A stretch of 64,000 bases of DNA from an uncultured Eubacteriales bacterium (GTDB taxonomy: Bacteria; Bacillota; Clostridia; Oscillospirales; Oscillospiraceae). The DNA lies in contig CASFFN010000007.1 in the NCBI GenBank assembly GCA_949293985.1, positions 20,619 through 84,618 of the forward strand, read 5' to 3'. Each line of letters begins with the position of its first letter. The stretch's first letter is position 1. The notes below the pieces were generated by a model. It saw only the letters and a list, made by a program, of their open reading frames with translations. It was not told the origin of the DNA and did no database searches. The position numbers were made by a program, and so were the translations under genes. Below, piece by piece: positions 9,001 through 17,179 of the stretch.

Positions 9001-11741
9001 GAAACAACAAGACCCTTAATAACAAGACCAGCGATGCCGGCCTGAAGGCTTACTACGATCTGCTGAGCAACTCCACGCTGGCAGACTCCATCAGCCAGTT
9101 CAACCATCCCGGCAGCACCTTCGGCACCTTTGCGGACTTCTCCTACTGGAATGCTTTGGTGGATACCCGTATCCAGCTGGTTGAGGTTGGCAACGGCGAA
9201 GGCCAGATTGGCGCCGGCGGCTACTATCCCAGCTATGAGTATTACACCATGGCTCTGGATAAGGGCTGGCATGTGGCTCCTACTAACAACCAGGATAACC
9301 ACAAGGGCAAGTGGGGCAATGCCAACGATGCCCGTGATGTTATCCTTACCGACAACTTCACCGAGGAAGGCCTGTACGAGGCAATCCGCAACTATCGTGT
9401 CTACTCCACCGAGGACAAGAACCTGGAGATTTACTACACGGTGAATGGCTTGCAGCTGGGCTCCATCATTGAGGAAGTCCCTGAAAAGCTGGATATCAAT
9501 GTCCTGGTGAATGACCCCGATGGCTCCGACAGCATCTCCAAGGTGGAAATCATTGTCAACTCCGGCAAGGTTGCCTACACTTGGGACAACCCCGCCGAGC
9601 TGTCTACCGGCGATTTGTCCGTGACTTTGGATCCCACCTTCTCCTACTACTATGTAAGAGTGACCCAGGGCGACGGCGATTTGGCCGTTACCGCCCCTGT
9701 GTGGGTGGGTGAGAGCCTGAAACTGGGCATCTCCGAGGTTACCGCCAGCACCTCCACCCCCGTGACCGGCGAGGAACTGACCCTTTCCACCAAGCTGTTC
9801 AACAGCGAGACCACCGAAGCCACGGTTTCTGCCATTACATACACTGTAGGCAGCACTGTTCTGGGCGTGGACAAGACCGGTTATACCATTCCCGCCTCCG
9901 GTGATCTGACTGTGGACTTCAAGTGGACTCCCGAAACCGCCAAGGTTACCAAGATTACCGTTACCGCTATTGTATCTCTGGATGGGGAGGAATTCACCTT
10001 CACCAAGGATATTGAGCTGGATATCCGGGATGCGGAGAAGCTGGTATATTTGGGTATCGACGCTTCCCACTATAATGAGTATGTCAACGGTAACTACAAG
10101 GATTCCATGGGCAACTTCGGTCAGCTGGCGGCGGAATACAGCGTGCGCACGGTTATCCTCAACACCAGTGAGGACCTGATTGCCGCCTGCGGCAACGAGA
10201 AGTATAAGGCCATCATCCTGACCGTACCTTCCCGCCGTAACGGCGATGCGCTTCGTGATCCGTACCTGAACTATACGGATGCGGAGATTGCAGCTCTGGT
10301 GGACTTCAACAAGGCCGGCGGCACCCTGATTCTTGCCGGCTGGTCCGACTACTATGAGCATTACGATTCCTTCCCGGCGGAGGATCACATGGCCGCCCAG
10401 CAGAACCGGATTCTGGCAGCCCTGGGCTCCAGCCTGCGGATTGGCGACGATGCCACCAATGATGACGAGCTCAACGGCGGACAGACCCAGCGCCTGTACT
10501 TCTCCACCTACAACTGGGATAGCTTCCTGATGGAAGGTGTGGAGTTCGACGCTGAGAATCCCAACAACAATCTGTATTCCCAGCTGTTCAGCCAGTACGG
10601 CGGCGCCTCCATCTACGCTGTGGATGGCAGCGGCAATCCCACCACCACCTTGCCCAGCACCGTATCCCCCGTGGTGTTCGGTCATGCCAGCACCTACTCC
10701 AAGGATTCGGACAATGACGGCATCGGCGGCGACTCCATGCCCAAGTATAGCGTGGCTGATGGGGATAACCGGCTGATGGTTCTGGCTACCGAGCAGCTGG
10801 AGGGCAGAGGCCTGATCGTGGTGTCCGGCGCAGCCTTTATGTCCAACTTCGAGGTGCAGGCCCAGATCGGTGACAACGGCTCCGAGAAGAACTACTCCAA
10901 CTACAATATCTGCGAGAACCTGATCCAGTACATTAACCCTGTGGAAATCACTCCCATTCAGCAGGTGCAGGATGAGAAGGAAGAGGGCGTGAAGTTCACC
11001 ATCGAGGGTGTGGTTACCTCCAACGCCTCCGGCTACGACAAAAATACCGCATTCTTTGATTGTATCTACCTGCAGGATTCCACCGGCGGCATCAACGCCT
11101 TCCCGGTGGCCGGCAATTACAAGATTGGTGACATCCTCCGCCTTACCGGCACCACCTCCTCCTACCAGGGCGAGCGCCAGATCAACGTGACCAGCGTGGA
11201 AAAGATTGGGGAAACTACCCCTGTCGCCCCCAAGGAAGTAACCGCCCAGCAGATTAACGACGGTTCTGTCCTGGGTCAGCTGGTGAAGCTGAAGGGCACC
11301 GTGGTAAGCTTCGAGAAGGCCAACGGCCTGGTGCAGACCATTATCGTAAAGGATGCGGCCGGCAACGAAGCCCGTATCTTCATTGACGGCTATATTACCA
11401 CGGACAAGGATGTGGTTGGTCTGGAAGTGGGCTGCAATATTGAAGTTGTGGGCTGCGCCTCCTATGACAACTCCTTTGCCGGTGAACCCGCCCGTATCCG
11501 CGTGCGGGATCGGGCAGATGTGGTATGCTCTCCCGCAACCACCGAGCCCACGGATCCGACGCAGCCCGGTGAAACCACCGAGCCCACCAAGCCCGGCGAA
11601 ACCACCGAGCCAACCGACCCCAACGGGCCGGACCAGACCGGTGAGCAGTTCAACCTGCCGCTGCTTCTGATGGTGATGGTGATTTCCGCCGCTTGCATAG
11701 TTGCGGTTGTTCTGCTGAATAAGAAGCAAAGCGTTCGTTAA
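6030..11741 (+). CDS. Giant (1,903 aa) secreted, C-terminally membrane-anchored multidomain protein with a PHP (CehA/McbA-type) metallophosphoesterase core
   Basis: Signal peptide MKRSLKSRVFSGLLALVMILTMLPMGTLAEG follows AGAAAGGAAGG. PHP metal-ligand-like motifs: GQLHSHTTYSDG, AFTDHSNY, FNHPG, NNQDNH. OB-fold-like modules (YLQDSTGGI...GD.V...GT...Y.G..Q) occur at both ends. Three copies of an unknown ~140-aa module, Ig-like segments, a PT-rich linker, a TM helix and a basic tail. Confidence 0.85.
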   Translation: MKRSLKSRVFSGLLALVMILTMLPMGTLAEGTATYTKISTADELTSGKYVLVAQTSAGDKALGTTIGSKIDGTDVAVDGDSLSGTTVPVWTATKTEDGVHLFNGTQYLGYGSSGTNFTKPDEAYTWVVQDNGNGTFRFVASGATTRAIAWQVGNGGRFGAYALSNASQTDEYVFDLLVFQVTDDGDGGEVTPPDEPETITIAEALGKDDGTADLTVKGVVTLLDGQNVYLQDSTGGICARMSANFSDISLGDTVIATGTRGTYNGLPQLNNSTYEKSSGMTLKAKTTTIGALTTADIGTYVTLRNLTVTEVFDNGGQYSNPNITFKDDTGATIQLYKAVVTKNEDGSWPIAVGDVVTVTAAVSCFKDTLQLRNTTFEELQLGGTPEGPLVDGNQVVIYNPAHNKALSGTYTGYYNNGVDITVTGNQVTGFTKAEVWTVIDNGDGTWSFSYNGQKIGMGDDFASMPLGEKNDKWEVIQLEDGTYNIKNTVRGNYMEWYADKNNWSTYNSKNAATDPLFKLQFFVVEGEITPPETGMPEEGDQVVLYNHSAEGVLALQSDSQTILNAPTSVENGLAVPGNGGVVFTVEKNGEYYRFHNDTFGYLCSNGTGNNAFYAAEASNDADWTLAVQGTGYTLESRTAKFNGKYSQFLEYYAGDYKTYSMYNVTDYDIYTFSFLEVAEGVNVVGGVVNNPTVTFGTLQDAVVGVAYSVSFTVDAPFGVKTIRATYGDKEATLSNENATYTFTIPAQDMVAGEMTIAVTGTDNKDTAFSGEVKVEVLDEPVITKVTPASGSETLDNKRPNISAEIVNAGENPTVTMTVDGKEVKAVYENGKVSYTPAADMEDGRVTVTVKVIRADGKTAEKSWSFTVGKARFQLYFGQLHSHTTYSDGSGSLEEALNYVSKLPESANVDFVAFTDHSNYFDESGNANPEAALYDVSQMTPDSKKLWDAYKGAIAAFNESQSDVIAIGGFEMTWSGGPGHINTFNTAGIVSRNNKTLNNKTSDAGLKAYYDLLSNSTLADSISQFNHPGSTFGTFADFSYWNALVDTRIQLVEVGNGEGQIGAGGYYPSYEYYTMALDKGWHVAPTNNQDNHKGKWGNANDARDVILTDNFTEEGLYEAIRNYRVYSTEDKNLEIYYTVNGLQLGSIIEEVPEKLDINVLVNDPDGSDSISKVEIIVNSGKVAYTWDNPAELSTGDLSVTLDPTFSYYYVRVTQGDGDLAVTAPVWVGESLKLGISEVTASTSTPVTGEELTLSTKLFNSETTEATVSAITYTVGSTVLGVDKTGYTIPASGDLTVDFKWTPETAKVTKITVTAIVSLDGEEFTFTKDIELDIRDAEKLVYLGIDASHYNEYVNGNYKDSMGNFGQLAAEYSVRTVILNTSEDLIAACGNEKYKAIILTVPSRRNGDALRDPYLNYTDAEIAALVDFNKAGGTLILAGWSDYYEHYDSFPAEDHMAAQQNRILAALGSSLRIGDDATNDDELNGGQTQRLYFSTYNWDSFLMEGVEFDAENPNNNLYSQLFSQYGGASIYAVDGSGNPTTTLPSTVSPVVFGHASTYSKDSDNDGIGGDSMPKYSVADGDNRLMVLATEQLEGRGLIVVSGAAFMSNFEVQAQIGDNGSEKNYSNYNICENLIQYINPVEITPIQQVQDEKEEGVKFTIEGVVTSNASGYDKNTAFFDCIYLQDSTGGINAFPVAGNYKIGDILRLTGTTSSYQGERQINVTSVEKIGETTPVAPKEVTAQQINDGSVLGQLVKLKGTVVSFEKANGLVQTIIVKDAAGNEARIFIDGYITTDKDVVGLEVGCNIEVVGCASYDNSFAGEPARIRVRDRADVVCSPATTEPTDPTQPGETTEPTKPGETTEPTDPNGPDQTGEQFNLPLLLMVMVISAACIVAVVLLNKKQSVR
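11538..11627 (+). repeat. Imperfect in-frame tandem repeat (27/36-nt period) encoding a TTEPT(D/K)P...GE linker
   Basis: ACCACCGAGCC starts recur at 11538, 11574 and 11601. The peptide is TTEPTDPTQPGE-TTEPTKPGE-TTEPTDPNGP. Confidence 0.8.
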
Positions 11742-11752
11742 TTTTCCCTTCG

Positions 11753-11784
11753 ATTGGAGGCTCCTTCGGGAGCCTCCAATTTTA
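11753..11784 (+). terminator. Intrinsic terminator of the surface-protein gene
   Basis: ATTGGAGGCTCC-TTCG-GGAGCCTCCAAT perfect 12-bp stem followed by TTTT. Confidence 0.85.
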
Positions 11785-11812
11785 TGAAAAGGAAGCCCCT
11801 GAAAATGTAGGA

Positions 11813-11841
11813 TTGACAAAAGGCAGGATTTATAATAGAAT
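11813..11841 (+). promoter_or_regulatory. Sigma-A-type promoter for the acyl carrier protein gene (possibly also SRP RNA/dnaX)
   Basis: TTGACA (11813-11818), 17-nt spacer, TAGAAT (11836-11841). Confidence 0.55.
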
Positions 11842-11882
11842 ACTGATGTTATAGAGATTACTGCCGTTTGGAGGTAATAGAT

Positions 11883-12104
11883 ATGTATGAAAAGTTAGTC
11901 GCCTATGCTGCCAAGCAGCTGGAGCTGGACCCTCAGGATATTACGCCGGACAGCACCTTTGAGAGCCTGGGCATTGATTCTCTGGACATTGTGGAGATGA
12001 TTATGGATCTGGAGTCTGAGCTGGGTGTGGAGCTGGAGATGGAGGATCAGAAGATTACCACTTTCCAGGAACTGGCAGATTTTATCGAGGCCAAAACCAA
12101 TTAA
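11883..12104 (+). CDS. Acyl carrier protein (stand-alone)
   Basis: 73 aa, acidic, with the phosphopantetheine-attachment motif LGIDSLDIVEMIMDLE. GGAGG lies 8 nt upstream of ATG 11883; the track start at 11868 is TTG. Confidence 0.85.
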   Translation: MYEKLVAYAAKQLELDPQDITPDSTFESLGIDSLDIVEMIMDLESELGVELEMEDQKITTFQELADFIEAKTN

Positions 12105-12138
12105 AAAACCTTATTGCAGCAAACCGGCTTGTAATAAG

Positions 12139-12405
12139 GTCGCACTAGTCGGGGAGATAGCGGTGCCCTGTACCTGCAATCCGCTATAGCAGGGATGAAT
12201 TCCCACACCCGGTCAAGCTTGAGTGCCGTCTGACCTGTGTAAGCGATGTTGAGGGGACGGTCCTGCGCAACAGAATCCCGTGAACCATGTCAGGTGGGGA
12301 ACCAAGCAGCATTAAGCGGACTTTTCTGTGTGCCGCCGGTCTGCCGTTCCTGAGTTGGCTGCACAGGTTCGGGCATTCAGCTTGTTCAAATGTGGGTGTG
12401 CGATC
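12139..12405 (+). ncRNA. ffs: Signal recognition particle RNA, long Bacillus type (Alu domain plus S domain)
   Basis: 5' GUCGCACUAGUCGGGGAGAUAGCGGUGCCCUGUACCUGCAAUCCGCUAUAGCAGGG resembles the B. subtilis scRNA Alu domain. Helix-8 core CCAUGUCAGGUGGGGAACCAAGCAGCAUUAAG is present. 5' GUCGCAC pairs with 3' GUGCGAU (12398-12404). It sits in the classic position upstream of dnaX. Ends are +/-10 nt. Confidence 0.85.
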
Positions 12406-12439
12406 TTATTATGAGCCGGTTTCTATTTGGGAGGCTGTT

Positions 12440-14044
12440 ATGTATCAGGCGCTTTATCGAAAATATCGCCCCCAGACCTTCGATGATGTGGTTGGACAGC
12501 AGGCCGTGACCCAGACATTGAAGAATCAGCTGATAAACCACCGGATGAGCCATGCTTATCTGTTTACCGGCTCCCGGGGCACGGGAAAAACCAGCAGCGC
12601 CAAAATTCTGGCCAAGGCTGTGAACTGTGAAAATCCCCAGGACGGCAACCCCTGTAATTGCTGTGCCGCCTGCCGGGCCATCGATGCCGGTTCCTGTATG
12701 GATGTGCTGGAGATTGACGCGGCGTCCAATAACGGCGTGGACAATGTCCGGGATTTGCGGGACGATGCGGTCTATACCCCCTCTCAGGTGAAGATGCGGG
12801 TGTATATCATCGACGAGGTGCATATGCTGTCCCTGTCCGCTTTCAATGCTTTGCTGAAAATCATTGAGGAGCCGCCGGAGCATTTGCTGTTTATTTTGGC
12901 TACCACGGAGCTGCACAAGGTTCCGGCCACAATCCTGTCCCGGTGCCAGCGGTTTTCTTTCCGCAGAATCAGCCAGGATGACATTGCGGCCCGACTGCAA
13001 TATGTGGCCTTTCAGGAGGACATTTCTCTGGAGCCCTCTGCCGCCCGGGTTCTGGCCAGACTGGCCGACGGCGGCCTGCGGGACGCCCTGAGCCTTCTGG
13101 ATCAGTGTGCCTCCGCAGCCTCCGGGGAATTGACGGCGGAGCGGGTGTATGCCTGCCTGGGAATTGCCGGAATTCAGGAGTGCGGCAAGCTGATGGCCTG
13201 TATTGCAGACCATGACACCGCGGGGGCTCTGTCCCTTTTGAACCGCTTTTATGCGGAAGGAAAGGATTTAGGAGCCCTGCTGGACGAAATGGCTTGCTTG
13301 ACCCGGGACTATATGATTCTGAAAACCGCTCCCCAGGAGGGGATTGGGATGCTCTCCGGCGTGGCCTCCGACCGGGAGGTTCAGGAGCTGTCCCGACGGT
13401 TTTCCAGCGGAGAGCTTGTACGGATGATGGGACTGATTCAAAATACCGCTGCGGGCTTTACCAGAAGCACCAGCCGCCGGATGGATGCGGAGCTGTGTAT
13501 CGTCAACCTGTGCCGCCCGGAGCTGCAGCTGGACGGGGAGTCCCTGAACGCCCGCCTTACCCGAATTGAAGACCAAATCCGCTCCGGAAATCTGATTTTG
13601 TCTGGGAAAGCCCCGGACAGACCGGAAAACATAGACACGGCTACTGCCGAACCCGCTCCCGAGACGGAGGAAAAAGCGGCGCCGGAGCTGATATCTCAGG
13701 CGCCTGTGGGCTTTTGGACGGAGACAGCAGAACAGGTGCGGAAGGCTTTGCAGCCTCCCTATTCCGGCTTCTTTGCTCCGTCCCCCAATGCTCCCTTGCA
13801 TGGGGTGCTTCAGGGCGACCGGATTCTGCTGGTCTGCGCCAACGACTTTACCCGGGAAATGATAAACAAACCGGAGATTTTGGAAACGGTTGGGCTGAAA
13901 GCCTCGGCGATTCTGGGTAGAAAGGTAAGCGCCGTGGCCACAGACCGCACCGGCCGGGAGAACGCCGGGGCACAGATGGAGAAACTGCTGCAATTCGGCA
14001 GAGCCCATAGTGATATTTTCAAAATCAAAGAAAACAACGAATAG
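12440..14044 (+). CDS. dnaX: DNA polymerase III subunits gamma/tau
   Basis: MYQALYRKYRPQTFDDVVGQ, Walker A GSRGTGKTS, Zn module CNCCAAC, and the IIDEVHML box. GGGAGG RBS precedes ATG 12440. The track's 12287 start would run through the SRP RNA. Confidence 0.93.
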   Translation: MYQALYRKYRPQTFDDVVGQQAVTQTLKNQLINHRMSHAYLFTGSRGTGKTSSAKILAKAVNCENPQDGNPCNCCAACRAIDAGSCMDVLEIDAASNNGVDNVRDLRDDAVYTPSQVKMRVYIIDEVHMLSLSAFNALLKIIEEPPEHLLFILATTELHKVPATILSRCQRFSFRRISQDDIAARLQYVAFQEDISLEPSAARVLARLADGGLRDALSLLDQCASAASGELTAERVYACLGIAGIQECGKLMACIADHDTAGALSLLNRFYAEGKDLGALLDEMACLTRDYMILKTAPQEGIGMLSGVASDREVQELSRRFSSGELVRMMGLIQNTAAGFTRSTSRRMDAELCIVNLCRPELQLDGESLNARLTRIEDQIRSGNLILSGKAPDRPENIDTATAEPAPETEEKAAPELISQAPVGFWTETAEQVRKALQPPYSGFFAPSPNAPLHGVLQGDRILLVCANDFTREMINKPEILETVGLKASAILGRKVSAVATDRTGRENAGAQMEKLLQFGRAHSDIFKIKENNE

Positions 14045-14054
14045 GAGAATAAAT

Positions 14055-14399
14055 ATGGCAAAGGGTGGATTCCGGGGGTTGCCCGGAGGAATGAATCAGA
14101 TGGCCATGCAGAAGCAGGTCCAGAAAATGCAGCAGGAGATGCTGCGTATGCAGGAGGAAATGGAGAACAAGACCTATACCGCAGCTGCCGGCGGCGGTAT
14201 GGTAAAGGCCACCGTCAGCGGTAAGCATCAGTTGGTGGCTTTGGAGATCAATCCGGAAGCAGTAGACCCGGAGGATGTAGAAATGCTCCAGGATATGGTA
14301 ATCGCGGCCGTCAATGAGGCTATGCGCACCGCAGATGAAGACTCCGCCAACAATATGTCCCGCCTTACCGGCGGACTGAACCTGGGCGGATTGTTCTAA
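14055..14399 (+). CDS. ybaB: Nucleoid-associated protein YbaB/EbfC
   Basis: 114 aa with the MQKQVQKMQQEMLRMQEE...VTVSGKHQLVALEINPE pattern. AGGAG RBS precedes ATG 14055. Conserved dnaX-ybaB-recR order. Confidence 0.9.
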   Translation: MAKGGFRGLPGGMNQMAMQKQVQKMQQEMLRMQEEMENKTYTAAAGGGMVKATVSGKHQLVALEINPEAVDPEDVEMLQDMVIAAVNEAMRTADEDSANNMSRLTGGLNLGGLF

Positions 14400-14408
14400 G
14401 GAGGCGCC

Positions 14409-15008
14409 ATGCAGTATTTTCCTGCGGCTCTGGAGAATCTGACCGACCAATTTGCCAGGCTTCCCGGCATTGGCGGAAAGACGGCCCAGCGGCTGGCCTT
14501 TTATGTGCTGGGAATGCCGGAGCAGGAGGCGCTGTCCTTTGCGGATGCCATTGTCCAGGCGAAAAAAAGCGTCGGCACCTGTCCGGTGTGCCAGAATATC
14601 ACGGATAAGGCGGTGTGCCCTATTTGCGATGACGATTCCCGGGACCATAGCACCATCTGCGTGGTTGCGGAGCCAAAGGATGTGATTGCCATGGAGCGCT
14701 CCCACGAATTTCGCGGGGTGTACCATGTGCTTCACGGCGTCATTTCGCCTTTGAACCATGTGACCCAGGAGGACATCCGTATCAGGGAGCTGCTTCAGCG
14801 GGTAGGCAACGGGGAAGTCCAGGAGGTCATTATGGCCACCAATCCCGATACGGAAGGGGAGGCCACCGCCATGTACATCTCACGGCTTCTGCGCCCCCTG
14901 GGGGTGAAGGTAACCAGACTTGCCTACGGCGTGCCGGTGGGCAGTCAGCTGGAATATGCGGATGAGGTTACCTTGTCCCGCGCTCTGGAGGGAAGACAAC
15001 AGATGTAA
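14409..15008 (+). CDS. recR: Recombination protein RecR
   Basis: 199 aa. [17 protein letters not shown] helix-hairpin-helix, C4 zinc finger CPVCQN...CPIC, and a Toprim region. Confidence 0.93.
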   Translation: MQYFPAALENLTDQFARLPGIGGKTAQRLAFYVLGMPEQEALSFADAIVQAKKSVGTCPVCQNITDKAVCPICDDDSRDHSTICVVAEPKDVIAMERSHEFRGVYHVLHGVISPLNHVTQEDIRIRELLQRVGNGEVQEVIMATNPDTEGEATAMYISRLLRPLGVKVTRLAYGVPVGSQLEYADEVTLSRALEGRQQM

Positions 15009-15012
15009 AAAA

Positions 15013-15045
15013 ATCCCACGGCTGTTGGACAGCTGTGGGATTTTT
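15013..15045. terminator. Bidirectional terminator between recR and dapA
   Basis: ATCCCACGGCTG / CAGCTGTGGGAT stem (one mismatch), flanked by an A-run and a T-run. Confidence 0.8.
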
Positions 15046-15051
15046 CCGGCC

Positions 15052-15945
15052 TCATGCAAAGAAATCCCGGCCTTTCCGGTGGAAAAAGTCCCGCAATTTT
15101 TCTCTGGTTTCCGCCGATGCGGAGCCAAGGGGCAGACGGCACTCTCCACAGTCAAATCCGGCACACCGCATTGCCGCCTTTACCGGGATGGGACTGACTT
15201 CCCGGAACAGCAAATCCACCAGCTCCTGCAAGGCGCCCTGTATGTCAGCGGCGGTGATAAAATCCCCGGAGAGGGCGGAAAGGGCCATGGCCTGGGTGGT
15301 CTGGGGACAGACATTGGAAACTACGGAAACAACACCCCGGGCGCCGCAGGCAATGGCGGGTACGGTCATAGCGTCGTTTCCCGTGTAAATTTCAAAATCT
15401 TCCCCGCAGGCATTGCGGATTCGGGTGATTTTGGCAATATCCGTGCTGGCCTCTTTCACCCCGATGATGTTGGGGATGCGGCTCAGCTTTTCGTAGACGG
15501 AAACAGGAATGTCCAGCCCGGTGCGGGACGGTACATTGTAAAGGATGATGGGCAGCTCCACCTGCCGGGCAATGGCGGTGTAGTGCCCCACCAGCCCCTC
15601 CGGGGTGGACTTGTTGTAGTAGGGGGATACGATTAAAAGACCGTCTGCCCCGGTCTCCTGGGCGGCCACGCTCAGGGCGATGGTATGTTCCGTGGAGTTG
15701 CTGCCTGTCCCGGCAAGAATCTTACAGTTTTTCCCGGCGTATGCCTTCCCCCGGCGGAAAAGCTCCAGCTTCTCCCCGTCGGACAGCACCGGAGACTCTC
15801 CGGTGGTGCCGGAGAGTACGATCGTGCCAATCCCGGCGGCGGTTTGGTGCCGGATAAGCTGCTCAACCATGGGATAGTTGATTTCCACACCCAAGAATGG
15901 GGTCACCAGAGCGGTGGCTACCCCGGAAATAAATGATTGCTTCAT
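15052..15945 (-). CDS. dapA: 4-hydroxy-tetrahydrodipicolinate synthase
   Basis: 297 aa. [18 protein letters not shown], and the active-site lysine context IGVKEAS. Confidence 0.9.
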   Translation of the reverse strand: MKQSFISGVATALVTPFLGVEINYPMVEQLIRHQTAAGIGTIVLSGTTGESPVLSDGEKLELFRRGKAYAGKNCKILAGTGSNSTEHTIALSVAAQETGADGLLIVSPYYNKSTPEGLVGHYTAIARQVELPIILYNVPSRTGLDIPVSVYEKLSRIPNIIGVKEASTDIAKITRIRNACGEDFEIYTGNDAMTVPAIACGARGVVSVVSNVCPQTTQAMALSALSGDFITAADIQGALQELVDLLFREVSPIPVKAAMRCAGFDCGECRLPLGSASAETREKLRDFFHRKGRDFFA

Positions 15946-16095
15946 AAAAATCCCTCCGCTTTACACTATGCGGTTACAGACCCGGCGGTAACCACCAAAG
16001 AGTGCTTCCGGGAAAATTCTGCAATTTATATAGATTTTCTACCGGTATTGTGGTATAATCTCGAAGAAACCTGTGAGATAAAGGAGCAGATAGGA

Positions 16096-17160
16096 TTGTC
16101 AGACACATTGCGTACATCACAGCGGATACCCTGTGATTTTAAGACAAAGGATTTTTGGTATGACCTTCCCCAGGAGCTGATTGCCCAGACCCCTCTGGAA
16201 AAGCGGGATAGTTCCCGGCTTCTGGTAATGGATAAAAAGACCGGCGAGCTTTCTCACCGGCATTTTTATGAAATCACAGAATACCTGAACCCCGGAGATT
16301 GCCTGGTGATGAACGATTCCCGGGTCCTGCCGGCGCGGCTTTTGGGACACCGTCCCACAGGGGGAGCGGTGGAACTGCTGCTGCTGCGGGATTTGGGGGA
16401 TAAACAGTGGGAATGTCTGGCAAAGCCCGGAAGGAAACTCCGCCCCGGCCAGGAGGTCATCTTTGGCAACGGGGAGCTGACGGCCACGGTGGAGGCGGTC
16501 CAGGAGGACGGCAACCGGATTGTCCGGTTCCATTATGAGGGCATCTTCCTGGAAATTCTGGAACATCTGGGGAAAATGCCCCTGCCTCCTTACATCCAGG
16601 CGGAGCTGCAGGATCAGGAGCGGTACCAAACCGTGTATTCCCGGGAGACCGGCTCCGCGGCGGCCCCCACAGCGGGCCTGCATTTTACCAAAGAACTGCT
16701 GGAGCAGATTGAGAAGAAGGGGATCACCCTGGCCTATGTGACCCTTCATGTGGGTCTTGGCACCTTCCGCCCGGTGAAGGCAGAGCAAATCAGCCAGCAC
16801 CATATGCACTCCGAGCTGTGCATGATCAGCGGGGAAACCGCCCAGCTTCTCAACGATACCCGAAAACGGGGAGGGCGGATTGTGTGCGTGGGCACTACCT
16901 CCTGCCGCACCCTGGAGTCCCTGGTGAATTCGGACGGAACCTTCACGGAAAAATCCAAGTGGACGGATATTTTCATCTACCCGGGTTATACCTTCCGGGC
17001 CATGGATGCGCTCATCACCAATTTCCATCTGCCGGAAAGCACTCTGGTGATGCTGGTCTCCGCTTTCGCGGGAAGAGAGCATATTCTCCATGCTTATGCC
17101 GAAGCCGTGAAGGAGAAATACCGGTTCTTCTCTTTCGGAGACGCTATGTTTTTGTATTAA
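16096..17160 (+). CDS. queA: S-adenosylmethionine:tRNA ribosyltransferase-isomerase
   Basis: [25 protein letters not shown] and the C-terminal FFSFGDAMF. Start set at in-frame TTG 16096, 9 nt after AAGGAG (16081-16086). The track start at 15937 overlaps dapA and adds 53 non-homologous residues. Confidence 0.85.
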   Translation: MSDTLRTSQRIPCDFKTKDFWYDLPQELIAQTPLEKRDSSRLLVMDKKTGELSHRHFYEITEYLNPGDCLVMNDSRVLPARLLGHRPTGGAVELLLLRDLGDKQWECLAKPGRKLRPGQEVIFGNGELTATVEAVQEDGNRIVRFHYEGIFLEILEHLGKMPLPPYIQAELQDQERYQTVYSRETGSAAAPTAGLHFTKELLEQIEKKGITLAYVTLHVGLGTFRPVKAEQISQHHMHSELCMISGETAQLLNDTRKRGGRIVCVGTTSCRTLESLVNSDGTFTEKSKWTDIFIYPGYTFRAMDALITNFHLPESTLVMLVSAFAGREHILHAYAEAVKEKYRFFSFGDAMFLY

Positions 17161-17179
17161 ATTGCTTGCGAGGTAATCT

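Noticed and set aside
11538-11627. Tandem 27/36-nt repeats considered as a CRISPR-like or non-coding VNTR array.
   Set aside because: Only about three imperfect units are present. They are in-frame inside the surface-protein gene and encode a Pro/Thr/Glu linker, with no spacers or cas genes.
11620-11741. A canonical LPXTG sortase signal at the C-terminus of the surface protein.
   Set aside because: The only candidate is PDQTGE. The Pro at position 2 of LPXTG/(S/P)PXTG is replaced by Asp, so I report only a sorting-signal-like layout.
6351-11819. 1,822-aa ORF on the minus strand spanning almost the whole surface-protein gene.
   Set aside because: It lies exactly antisense to a + strand gene that has a signal peptide, RBS, terminator and recognisable domains. 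Its translation is low-complexity (G/H/V/L/A-rich, e.g. GGNHHHHQKQRQ, GGGGAGKAED) with no motif or RBS. This is a typical shadow ORF created by G+C-rich third positions.
12287-12439. The N-terminal 51-aa extension of dnaX given by the ORF track.
   Set aside because: The extension is the 3' half of the SRP RNA read as protein. Homology to DnaX begins at MYQALYRKYRPQTF (ATG 12440), which has its own GGGAGG RBS.
15937-16095. The 53-aa N-terminal extension of queA overlapping the dapA 5' end.
   Set aside because: It has no similarity to QueA N-termini and overlaps the divergent dapA start. An in-frame TTG at 16096 sits 9 nt after AAGGAG.
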